Shown here piece by piece: positions 11,367 to 20,319 of a stretch of 55,526 nt of DNA. The notes beneath the pieces are model-generated. The model did no database searches. It was not told where the DNA came from and saw only the letters and a list, made by a program, of their open reading frames with translations. Both the position numbers and the translations under genes were made by a program. Every line of letters starts with the position of its first letter. Within the stretch, counting starts at the first letter, position 1. The stretch comes from Methanobacteriota archaeon. GTDB lineage: Archaea > Thermoplasmatota > Poseidoniia > Poseidoniales > Thalassarchaeaceae. The stretch is taken from assembly GCA_002708695.1 (NCBI GenBank), contig PAOZ01000044.1:1-55526 (forward strand), in the 5' to 3' direction.

Positions 11367-12143
11367 ATGGCGCTAACCTATAGGGAGATGCTCTTCCTTT
11401 CATTGTTTATAGGTTGTATTTTCTCCACTATGGGGTTCTTTTTGGCCGTTTTTGCAGGGGGGATAGATCAAGTTGATCTTTTTTCAGCAGGTCGAGTAGG
11501 ATTGGTGGTTGGAGTTACTGCATCTATCGTGATTTTTACCTATGGAGCAGTTTCTCGAATGTTGGGGTATGAAAAAGCACAGCCTGTTGACAGAAAGGAT
11601 ACCTTGGAATCTCTTCGTTCGATTTTACATCCAGTTGAACTCCAAGCGGTTAGCAATAATATTCCTTGGTCTGTGGGAAGACATGTAACAAATTCAGCAG
11701 GAACTCCTACTATTGACCTTCATGAAATTGATATTAGAGGCGCTGATACAATTGTGAAAATTTTACTTCAAAACCGAGATGATTTGGGGAGAGTTCGTTT
11801 GATTATTGGTAGTGGCCGCGGTTCTGATTCTGGAGGAGTAGACAATACGGTAGCAGAGCATGTAACTTCCAGATTACGGCGTTCTTCTTCTAGTCATGGC
11901 TGGCAGTATATCGAAAAACGCTCTAATATTATGCTCAGGCCGATGGGTCGCCCTCCTTCAAAAGCAGAATGGATTAGACGATTTGTAATTGGAGTAATTC
12001 CTATTGCGGGGTCTCTCGCTTTTGCTTTCAGAGATCTTGCAGGATCTGCTTCTGGAGCATCAGAAAGAGGCTTTGTTTTTGGTTTGATTATTGGTTTATT
12101 GGTTACATCAATGATGGCATCACATAGGGATCGAACGGGTTAA
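11367..12143 (+). CDS. Membrane-anchored Smr-domain protein
   Basis: Two N-terminal and two C-terminal TM helices flank TIDLHE...VRLIIGSGRGS (Smr DxH and GxG motifs). Confidence 0.65.
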   Translation: MALTYREMLFLSLFIGCIFSTMGFFLAVFAGGIDQVDLFSAGRVGLVVGVTASIVIFTYGAVSRMLGYEKAQPVDRKDTLESLRSILHPVELQAVSNNIPWSVGRHVTNSAGTPTIDLHEIDIRGADTIVKILLQNRDDLGRVRLIIGSGRGSDSGGVDNTVAEHVTSRLRRSSSSHGWQYIEKRSNIMLRPMGRPPSKAEWIRRFVIGVIPIAGSLAFAFRDLAGSASGASERGFVFGLIIGLLVTSMMASHRDRTG

Positions 12144-13216
12144 TGTTCACTCGACGGGTTGATGTGCATCCTAGTGTAGTGGACTTCGTGGCATCAGTCA
12201 GAGTTGAGGTCGAGCGTCTTTCCCACAAGGACGTACGTCAGAGACGTCGAGCGATTAGACATTTGTTTGAATTAAATGATCCATTTGCTTTATCTGGTTT
12301 TTTACAGTTTCTTGATTCAGATGACCAATGGTTTGTCGACCAATCAATAGAAGCAATAAGAAGATGGGATAAAGGAGAAAGTAAAGAATTACTTGAAAGA
12401 GTTTCAAATCATAAATCTAGTCAAATACGTCTTCTTTCTTTAGAGATATGTGGTAGATATGATGATGTTAGTTTAATTTTATCAAACTTAAGAATTGATT
12501 CTGAACCAGAAATACAAAAAAGAGCATGGATTACCTCTTTGAAACAGTATCCTGATGCTCAATTCAAAGAGATTTTTGATGAGGGATTAAATTCTAAATT
12601 TGTAAATGTAAGAAAAACAGTTATTGAGAGTGCAAAAAAAAGAGGTATGGACGAGATTATAATCAAAGGGTTAGATGATTCTGCCCCAATTGTAATTTCT
12701 AAATCAATTGAAGCATTGAGTTCTGAGTCATTGGAAATTGGAAGAATTCGAGATTTTCTTTCTCATTCTTCATCTTTAGTTCGTTCAACCGCGTTTCGTC
12801 GACTTCATTCAGCAAATCAATTGTCAATAGAAGATACAAAAACGATACTTTCTATCCATTCTACTGAAACAATGGAAGCAATCATAGATGTTTTTTCTGG
12901 TACTTTAGATTGGGCATCGGAGGAAATTCTTCACTCATTGAAAGAAGTACCTTCTGATTCTTTGATTCCAAGATTAATTCGAAATTCTCCTAGGGATGAG
13001 GTTGATATTGTTCGAGCAAAGTTGTTACTTGGAAATTGTAATGATTTTCGAAAGATGAGATATTTAGAAGATTTAATTGGGCGGGATTTTGGAAACGAAA
13101 CATTATCTGCAGTAGTCAAAATTTCAGAAGAAATAGATGAAGAACCTGTGAAATCAACGGCTATTGAAGTTCTTCGAGATAGGGCCATGTTGGGAAAAGG
13201 AGGGATTAGTGAATGA
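12143..13216 (+). CDS. HEAT/ARM-like alpha-solenoid repeat protein
   Basis: Repeated L..L.(H/D)....VR..A patterns; TAATG coupling to the upstream gene. Confidence 0.7.
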   Translation: MFTRRVDVHPSVVDFVASVRVEVERLSHKDVRQRRRAIRHLFELNDPFALSGFLQFLDSDDQWFVDQSIEAIRRWDKGESKELLERVSNHKSSQIRLLSLEICGRYDDVSLILSNLRIDSEPEIQKRAWITSLKQYPDAQFKEIFDEGLNSKFVNVRKTVIESAKKRGMDEIIIKGLDDSAPIVISKSIEALSSESLEIGRIRDFLSHSSSLVRSTAFRRLHSANQLSIEDTKTILSIHSTETMEAIIDVFSGTLDWASEEILHSLKEVPSDSLIPRLIRNSPRDEVDIVRAKLLLGNCNDFRKMRYLEDLIGRDFGNETLSAVVKISEEIDEEPVKSTAIEVLRDRAMLGKGGISE

Positions 13217-15018
13217 GAGAGATTGTGCATAGATTGGATGTTTCTACAAGAGATGAACAGAGATTTCGTTCAGAAATTGAAATTTCAAATCCGGTGGGCT
13301 CAAAATTAATTTTAGCATTCCCAAGGTGGTCCCCTGGTTCATATCTTATCAGAGAGCCTAGAAGACTGGTACATGATATGAGAGCTTGGGCGATGATTTC
13401 TGGAAAGAATATAGATTGCAAAGTAGATCGCAGAGGTCCTGATGAAATTCGAATAAATATACCAAAGGGAACGAGTTCTATGCATGTTGAATGGTTCGCC
13501 TTTGGAAATGACCTTAGTGTGAGAACTAACCACATCGATTCCAGTCATTTCCACATGATTCCTTCTGCTACGTTCCCACGTGTCATGGCAGGTTCAAATC
13601 ATTCTGAAGGACCTTATGTGGTTGAACTTCTGCATCCTAATAATTGGTCTGCTACAACGCAATTGAAGCAAGTTGAAAGATTAGATGAAGGAGATTTTGT
13701 CCGATCAGTATGGAAAGCCGAATCTCGTGATGCATTGTATGATGGAATAATTGAAGCCAATGCAAATGAAGAGATTATTTTCAAAGCAGGAGGCCGTAAT
13801 TTTAGACTCAAACTTTGGGACGCAGGAGGGGTGAAAATCGAATCTGATAGAGTTGATTTTTTGATAAATTCGATGAGAGAACTGTTTTCAGAATTTCATG
13901 CTTTATTTGGAGAACCACCATGGGATGATTATGCTGTGATTCTACATTTAACTGAGAAAGCGAGAGGAGGATTAGAGCATACTGGCAGTCAGTCTAGCCA
14001 AATGCGTAGAGGTTCATTAGATCCAGGAGATAAAGAAGCATGGAGAGATTTAATTTCTCTTATTTCACATGAGTATGTTCATGCTTGGAATGTTAAGCGC
14101 CTTCGTCCAAAAACATTTGATGATTATGATTTATCTCAAGAGATGCATACTGATTTATTATGGTGGTTTGAAGGAGTAACTAGTTGGCTTGGAGATATGA
14201 TTTGTCTCCGTAGTGGAGTTTGGTCAGATGAGGATTGGTCTGCGGATCTAAAGAGAAAATTGTCACGTTTTCATACCATGTCAGGATGGGATCACCAATG
14301 TCTTTCTGAATCAAGTTTTGAGTCTTGGTATCATTTATACCGCCCTCATCCACATTCTGCTGAAACTACGATCTCATACTATCTTCAGGGAGAAATTGCA
14401 GCAATGTGCATGGATTTAGAATTAAGAAAGAGGACGAAAGGAAAAATTGGTTTAGATAATGTCATGGTTGATTTATGGAAATTACATGGATTACATATTG
14501 AAGGCGATTCAGGTTCAGGAGGTTCTGAACCTAGAGCTATTGTCGAAAAAGACATAGTTTCCTCAATGAATAGGTTAAGCAAGGGTCGTTTAAACAGCGT
14601 AGTAAGAAAATTGGTACACGGATTAGGTGCCCCTGATATGCAAGAATGGGCCAAAGCAATGGGGAGAAAACTTGACCCAGTTGATGCAGATGAATATGTG
14701 GGTTGGATTGGAGTTCAACTTTCCGAATCTCCTTTGCGTGTGAATAAATTCTTAGCAGGAAGTCCTGCAAGAGATAAGTTACAACCTGGTGATGAAATTG
14801 TAGCTGTGAATGGGAGGAGAACTCGCAAATCATCTGATCTGAAGGGGGCATTACGAGGGCGTTCAGATCAAGACGTATCCTTTACCATTTCAAGAAGAGG
14901 AGGAATGATGACTTTTCTAATCACTCCCAAGAAAGATCCTCTTCATCCTGTAAATATCTCTGGAGCAGGGAATCGTTTGTGGAAATCTTTTTCTGAATCT
15001 AAACAAGAAAAATCATAG
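13213..15018 (+). CDS. M61 family metallopeptidase (glycyl aminopeptidase-like) with C-terminal PDZ domain
   Basis: PRWSPGSY, GGLEH, SHEYVHAWNVKRLRP, LWWFEGVTS, ISYYLQG; PDZ-like GSPA...LQPGDEIVAVNG. ATGA overlap with the upstream gene. Confidence 0.92.
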   Translation: MREIVHRLDVSTRDEQRFRSEIEISNPVGSKLILAFPRWSPGSYLIREPRRLVHDMRAWAMISGKNIDCKVDRRGPDEIRINIPKGTSSMHVEWFAFGNDLSVRTNHIDSSHFHMIPSATFPRVMAGSNHSEGPYVVELLHPNNWSATTQLKQVERLDEGDFVRSVWKAESRDALYDGIIEANANEEIIFKAGGRNFRLKLWDAGGVKIESDRVDFLINSMRELFSEFHALFGEPPWDDYAVILHLTEKARGGLEHTGSQSSQMRRGSLDPGDKEAWRDLISLISHEYVHAWNVKRLRPKTFDDYDLSQEMHTDLLWWFEGVTSWLGDMICLRSGVWSDEDWSADLKRKLSRFHTMSGWDHQCLSESSFESWYHLYRPHPHSAETTISYYLQGEIAAMCMDLELRKRTKGKIGLDNVMVDLWKLHGLHIEGDSGSGGSEPRAIVEKDIVSSMNRLSKGRLNSVVRKLVHGLGAPDMQEWAKAMGRKLDPVDADEYVGWIGVQLSESPLRVNKFLAGSPARDKLQPGDEIVAVNGRRTRKSSDLKGALRGRSDQDVSFTISRRGGMMTFLITPKKDPLHPVNISGAGNRLWKSFSESKQEKS

Positions 15019-15408
15019 TAATTGTTGCAATGAGAAAAATTGCTCAGGATATTCTGATTGAAGAATATGTTTGCTTGTTTTAGGAGGATATAATTCGCCT
15101 TTTTTCGCTGCTTCAAGTATTGAATCTTTGGTGATATTCATTTCTTCTTTACCTTGCCACGCTTTTACACTTATTGAATCATCTTGTAAGTAATTTATTT
15201 CTATTGCGGGAATTAGATTTATTCCTAACTGTAATGCTGAATGATATCTATGGTGTCCATCAAGAATTGTTTTTGTATCTTTGTCTACTAGAATTGGGAT
15301 ATAATAACCTTGAATTTTTTCTACATGTTTAATCATTTTTTGAAGATTTTTTTGTTTAATTTCTTCATGAGGACGGAGATCTTTGACATCAACTAATGTA
15401 ATCTCCAT
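15013..15408 (-). CDS. ParB/Srx-fold protein, minimal SerK/SbnI-like
   Basis: LRPHEE, PILVD, ILDGHHR, and C-terminal TKDSILEAAKKGELYPPKTSKH resembling the SerK (P/S)PKTTRH tail. Confidence 0.75.
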   Translation of the reverse strand: MEITLVDVKDLRPHEEIKQKNLQKMIKHVEKIQGYYIPILVDKDTKTILDGHHRYHSALQLGINLIPAIEINYLQDDSISVKAWQGKEEMNITKDSILEAAKKGELYPPKTSKHILQSEYPEQFFSLQQLL

Positions 15409-15490
15409 GTGACTCTCAAATCTCTTTGATACAAAATTCCTTGTGCTAATTGAGCGGTCATTTCATTTGAATTGGCTTAGACGACAGGAT

Positions 15491-16795
15491 ATGTCCTCGG
15501 ATTCCCCGTCATCTGATATTGAGGGAATTTCTCTTTGCCCTATTCATTTGAATTTATTGGAAAATCTAGATTCTTCTGTAAAAATGATTTTTTCAAACAT
15601 TTCCGAAAGTGGTTTTTCGATATGGATTGTTGGAGGAGCGGTTCGAGATTCTTTGGCAAATATTACTGTTAATGACATAGATCTTGCAACTGATGCGACA
15701 CCTTCTCAATTGATGGAAATTTTCCCGTCATCAATTCCTACTGGAGTCAATTTTGGAACAATTACAATCCCTTCTGATGGAAAATTTGGTGATATCCAAA
15801 TTACTACATTGAGGAAAGATGGTTCTTACTTAGATAGAAGACGCCCTGAATCTGTAAGATTTGGTACGTCATTATTAGAAGATCTCAATCGAAGAGATTT
15901 CAAAATAAATGCAATGGCCATAGACCCTATCAATCTTCAATTTTATGACCCTCATTGTGGTAGAGATGACCTTGATTCAGGAATATTATCTGCTGTAGGG
16001 GAGCCATTTGAACGATTAGATGAGGACGGCCTTAGAATTTTGAGAGCTTATCGTTTCATGTGCCATGATTCTGGGCCGTTTAAACCAGATGAAAATCTAG
16101 GCAAAGCCTTGGTTGATTCAGTAGGGAATTTGGGCTCAATCTCTAGAGAAAGGATTTGGATGGAATTCAGCAAGATTCTAACTTATTCTAATGTATACAA
16201 CGTTCTTCAAAAAATGGTAGAAGATGGAGTTATGGATTTTATAATTCTTGGATGTAATGATATTCCTTCTGTTGATGATTGTTATATCGAAGGAATAAGT
16301 AGGTATGATTTGATGATTGCACGTCTTTCATTATTGCTCAAATCGGTTGAAGAAGAAAATGTTGAGGAGATATTGAATCAATTGCTTGTACCAAATAAGG
16401 TTCGAAATTCAGTGATTTCAATTAGGGGGCGCATTGGTATTACCCCTAATCCCGAAAGTAAAGGATGTCTCCGGAGATATCGGATGGAATTGAGTGATGA
16501 TTTGTTTTCTCAATTATCTGCGGAAAGGGGGTTTTCTGCACAAATTTCTGATGAATTACGAACTGCATTGAGTGTTTTACCACCACTAGTAGGAGGACTT
16601 GAACCATTGATTAGTGGTAATGAAATAATTTCTCGCTTAGGTATTGAACCAAGTCCACTTCTTGGCCAATTAAAGCAATGGTTATTTCGTATACAGGTTG
16701 AAAACGATCTTCCTGATTCAAATTCTATTTGGGAAAAAGTGGAATCACTTGGATTCAAAGGTCAGCCTTTGGGAGAATACAGAATGTGGGTATAA
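15491..16795 (+). CDS. cca: Class II (bacterial-type) tRNA nucleotidyltransferase / poly(A) polymerase family protein
   Basis: VGGAVRD, DIDL, TTLRKDG, EDLNRRDFKINAMA, EDGLRILRAYRF, SRERIWMEF. Confidence 0.85.
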   Translation: MSSDSPSSDIEGISLCPIHLNLLENLDSSVKMIFSNISESGFSIWIVGGAVRDSLANITVNDIDLATDATPSQLMEIFPSSIPTGVNFGTITIPSDGKFGDIQITTLRKDGSYLDRRRPESVRFGTSLLEDLNRRDFKINAMAIDPINLQFYDPHCGRDDLDSGILSAVGEPFERLDEDGLRILRAYRFMCHDSGPFKPDENLGKALVDSVGNLGSISRERIWMEFSKILTYSNVYNVLQKMVEDGVMDFIILGCNDIPSVDDCYIEGISRYDLMIARLSLLLKSVEEENVEEILNQLLVPNKVRNSVISIRGRIGITPNPESKGCLRRYRMELSDDLFSQLSAERGFSAQISDELRTALSVLPPLVGGLEPLISGNEIISRLGIEPSPLLGQLKQWLFRIQVENDLPDSNSIWEKVESLGFKGQPLGEYRMWV

Positions 16796-17317
16796 TCACA
16801 ATTCTGCTAGATAATCCACATAATCTTCAGAACTCAATAAATCATCGTAATCAAATCCGTCATGAGGTCTAATAATTACAAACCATCCGTCACCGTATGC
16901 TTCTCGATTAACATAATGTGGATTGTTTTCAATTTCTCCGTTCATGCTCATTATTGAGCAAGCGAAAGGAGATAAAATATTCAAATTATCAAATTCACAT
17001 TGAAGTCCAACTAAGTTATCATCCGTAGAGAGTTCACCCATGGCTACAGCAGCCTCCTCCTCATCATCTGTTGTTGTTGTAATCATATCTTCTTCATCGG
17101 CGTGTTCATCGTCAGATGCTATCATGAATTCACTCGAATCGGTGATATTGGGTAGAGTAACCTTTAGGATTTTACCATATTCAATCCTTACAAAGTCTGA
17201 AACACCTACCTTATATTCCTCGTGTTCGTCTTTTGGTCCGCTGATTAAGTGGAACCAAAGATGTTCCTCGGTATACCTTCTACCTACTGCTATGCTGAAT
17301 TCATCCTCGTCGCTCAT
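16796..17317 (-). CDS. Glycine cleavage H-protein-like, lacking the lipoyl lysine
   Basis: YTEEHLW, VGVSDF, SPFACSIMSMN..IENNPHYVNREAYGDGW match GcvH, but the ESVKA motif reads QCEFD. Confidence 0.8.
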   Translation of the reverse strand: MSDEDEFSIAVGRRYTEEHLWFHLISGPKDEHEEYKVGVSDFVRIEYGKILKVTLPNITDSSEFMIASDDEHADEEDMITTTTDDEEEAAVAMGELSTDDNLVGLQCEFDNLNILSPFACSIMSMNGEIENNPHYVNREAYGDGWFVIIRPHDGFDYDDLLSSEDYVDYLAEL

Positions 17318-17435
17318 GTACTAGCCTCATGGCGGCGCCGTTGCAATCAAATTTCAATTATTCGTTTATTTTGTACTTTTTTGATGTGGAATTTTATCCG
17401 AACCATTCACAAAGAGAGCGTTACTGGAGAGGGCC

Positions 17436-18611
17436 ATGGACTTCAAAGAAACCGAAGAGCAGACGATGATCCGAGACTTGGTTAGAGACTTTGCTGAATC
17501 TGTTTTGGCACCGACTGCTCTTGAACGAGATCGAAATCAACAACCTCCTACGGAAGAATGGGCTCAGTTTATCGAATATGGCTTACATACTTGTACCATC
17601 CCTGAAGAATATGGCGGGACTCCATTAGATGATATTTCTGAAGCGATTATTGTTGAGGAACTTTCTCGAGTCGACCCCTCTTTTGGTGTATTTTACTGTG
17701 TACATGTGGGCCTTTGTAGTATGACAATTACTTTGCATGGCAACGAGCAACAGAAATCCAAGTATCTCCCTATGCTCGCTTCTGATAAGTTGGGAGCATA
17801 TTCTCTTTCTGAAGCAGGTGCAGGAACAGATGCTGCTGCAATGGTTTGTAAGGCTAAACTTTCAGAAGATGGTAGTCATTATCTCTTGACTGGTGAAAAG
17901 ATGTGGGTAACTAACGGAGCCAGTGCAGATATTTTTGTTTTATTTGCTAAAGATGTTGACCATCCTGATTATGGGGTGAAGAGGCACGGTGGGACTACTG
18001 CTTTCATTGTAGAGAAAGATTTTGAAGGATTTTCAGTCGGAAAGAAAGAGGATAAACTGGGTATTCGAAGTAGCGATACCTGTACATTAGTACTGGAAAA
18101 TTGTAAAGTTCCAGTTGAAAATGTGCTTAAGGAATCTGGAAAGGGTTTCCCTATCGCAATGAATGCTTTAGATAACTCTAGAATAGGTATTGCTGCTCAG
18201 GCATTAGGAATTGCTCAGGGGGCTCTCGATGCCGCAGTAAAATATTCTCATGAAAGAGAAGCTTTCGGAAAACCTCTCGCTTTCCATCAATCAATTGGTA
18301 ATTATCTTGCAGATATGGCTACTCAGACTGAAGCTGCTAGAATGATGGTTTACCGTGCTGCTTGGGCAAAAGAACAGCATTATCACCACGGCGGACGACG
18401 GCATACGAAGGAAGCTAGTATGGCTAAACTATTCGCAGGCGATAATGCAATGTGGGTAGCAGAAAGAGCCGTTCAAGTTCTCGGAGGTTATGGTTATACA
18501 ACTGATTTCCCTGTTGAGAGATTTTTCAGAGATGCTAAAATCACTCAAATTTACGAAGGAACACAAGAAGTACAGCGAATTGTGATTAATCGATCACTTG
18601 GTGATTCTTGA
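17436..18611 (+). CDS. Acyl-CoA dehydrogenase (short/branched-chain type)
   Basis: YSLSEAGAGTD, GEKMWVTNG, KLGIRSSDT, RIGIAAQALG, VQVLGGYGY, RDAKITQIYEGT. Confidence 0.95.
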   Translation: MDFKETEEQTMIRDLVRDFAESVLAPTALERDRNQQPPTEEWAQFIEYGLHTCTIPEEYGGTPLDDISEAIIVEELSRVDPSFGVFYCVHVGLCSMTITLHGNEQQKSKYLPMLASDKLGAYSLSEAGAGTDAAAMVCKAKLSEDGSHYLLTGEKMWVTNGASADIFVLFAKDVDHPDYGVKRHGGTTAFIVEKDFEGFSVGKKEDKLGIRSSDTCTLVLENCKVPVENVLKESGKGFPIAMNALDNSRIGIAAQALGIAQGALDAAVKYSHEREAFGKPLAFHQSIGNYLADMATQTEAARMMVYRAAWAKEQHYHHGGRRHTKEASMAKLFAGDNAMWVAERAVQVLGGYGYTTDFPVERFFRDAKITQIYEGTQEVQRIVINRSLGDS

Positions 18612-18693
18612 TTCAGTAGAAAATGATGATGACGAAATGAAATATCCTAATCGAGCTATTACTAGAGAAGAGAATTCAGAATCTACTGAATAG
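18601..18693 (+). CDS. Possible 30-aa small ORF (VILDSVENDDDEMKYPNRAITREENSESTE)
   Basis: Open frame fills the whole gap after the acyl-CoA dehydrogenase; its TAG abuts the convergent stop of the HMG-CoA synthase gene with zero gap. Confidence 0.3.
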   Translation: MILDSVENDDDEMKYPNRAITREENSESTE

Positions 18694-20238
18694 TTATTCG
18701 ACCCATCTGTATCGTCGTTCTCCTGGAAGACCGCCGTCTACTTCTCTAATAAGTGCAAATTCTTGACTAGGTTCAATGATTGATTCAGTAGTGCTTCCGC
18801 GATGTAGTGCTTCGTAGTCGTCGCTAAGTATTGGTCTGCGAAGATCCAATCTTTCAAAGAGAAGGAATCTAGATGCAATTTCTTTCCATTTAGGTTGGAT
18901 TATTCCTTCGAAAACCTTTGCTTTTGCTCCAGAACCATATCCGCATAGTCCAATCCGTTGTCCTTCGATTGAATTGTTTTCTTCATAATCACATTCCAAT
19001 GATGACATTAAAGCTAGAAAAATTGATCCAGTATACTGATTTCCGATTAAACTAGAAGCTCTCTGTCCACGTTCAATCCTTTCATCTGCAAATTTACGGA
19101 ATGCTTGAGTTTTTGAAATGGCTCTTCTATAACTGTCATTGGCTTTGTCGAATTCGGAAATTCCCTCAGGCGTATCCTCAAAATCTTCAATTAATGGTTC
19201 TACTCCAATTTCTTCAACAATTTCTTCCCAAATAGGGGTTCCTCTTCTGTCATGCCTGAAAACATCTGGAAACATTCTCTTTCCTTGGAAAGCATATGGG
19301 AGATGCACAATAATCCGTTTCCATTGTTCAGTTAATATTGGGTCATTATCGGAATCTAAACGACCGGTTCTTTGTGCCTTTCCATGGAAATCAATGAATG
19401 CCTGTTTTACTGATTCCATATAACAACGATTAGAAAATTGTCCATCAAAAACAGGTGTGTCTCTATGAATTTTCAATGTATCTTCGGCAAACAATTCATC
19501 ATTAGACATTTTAGATCCTCTAAGATTTCGCATCATTCGTTCACTAAGTCCAGACTTGAATGATTGACCAGTTTCTCGTGCTAAGTCAAGCACTCGTTCG
19601 ATAACGTTCTTGACCGGAACTTCTCTTCTTGGTTTGAAGAAGTCATGAACTGGAGTTGTGGAAACGCCCCAAATATCTGGAATCACCAATAATCTAGGAT
19701 TTGCTCTGATTAAGATACCTCCTCCTCCAGCACCTTGAGTATATTCTCCACTGGATTCCATGTCATATTTCGCATTATCACTAAAAACAACAATTCCAAT
19801 TCTTTCTTCTTCTTCTCCGCCTCTAGCAACCCAGTCTAGTGTGTTGTGTAGTGCATCAACTGCGCCAATACATGCAAAAGTCATGTCGACTACATCACAA
19901 TTTCTGAAGCAATCGGGTCCGAATTGTTTTGCATATCTCTGTTGAAGCATATCGATGATATATGTCGCAGTAGGTTTTGCACCATCTAGGGCAGATTCAG
20001 TTCCGAGGTATATTCTTCCGATTTGAGATGGCGATAATCCATTTCTATCTATTAGTCGAGCTACAGCATTAGCGCCCATAGTTGCTGTATCTTCGTGAGC
20101 ATCCGGAATTGCCATTGCATTAAGCCCAAGTCCTTTATTCAATTTTTCAAAGTCTGCACCACGAAATTTCGCAAAATCTTTCATGTCGAAATATAAGCGG
20201 GGGAAATGAATAGCGAAATCATCAATGCCTACGTCCAT
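18694..20238 (-). CDS. mvaS: Hydroxymethylglutaryl-CoA synthase, bacterial (MvaS-like) type
   Basis: GTES, FACIG (catalytic Cys), GEYTQGAGG, DFFKP, HLPY (His), GNQYTGS, YGSG. Confidence 0.9.
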   Translation of the reverse strand: MDVGIDDFAIHFPRLYFDMKDFAKFRGADFEKLNKGLGLNAMAIPDAHEDTATMGANAVARLIDRNGLSPSQIGRIYLGTESALDGAKPTATYIIDMLQQRYAKQFGPDCFRNCDVVDMTFACIGAVDALHNTLDWVARGGEEEERIGIVVFSDNAKYDMESSGEYTQGAGGGGILIRANPRLLVIPDIWGVSTTPVHDFFKPRREVPVKNVIERVLDLARETGQSFKSGLSERMMRNLRGSKMSNDELFAEDTLKIHRDTPVFDGQFSNRCYMESVKQAFIDFHGKAQRTGRLDSDNDPILTEQWKRIIVHLPYAFQGKRMFPDVFRHDRRGTPIWEEIVEEIGVEPLIEDFEDTPEGISEFDKANDSYRRAISKTQAFRKFADERIERGQRASSLIGNQYTGSIFLALMSSLECDYEENNSIEGQRIGLCGYGSGAKAKVFEGIIQPKWKEIASRFLLFERLDLRRPILSDDYEALHRGSTTESIIEPSQEFALIREVDGGLPGERRYRWVE

Positions 20239-20319
20239 GCTATCATCCCGTCGGCGAACTCATATGTTATGAATAGATGTCCTAAAATTAACTTGTAAGT
20301 GTGAAAAGGGGACTCTTGA

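Noticed and set aside
15013-15408. Plasmid or chromosome partition ParB indicating a mobile element
   Set aside because: No HTH or dimerisation domain and no parA; the motifs fit the SerK-like branch better.
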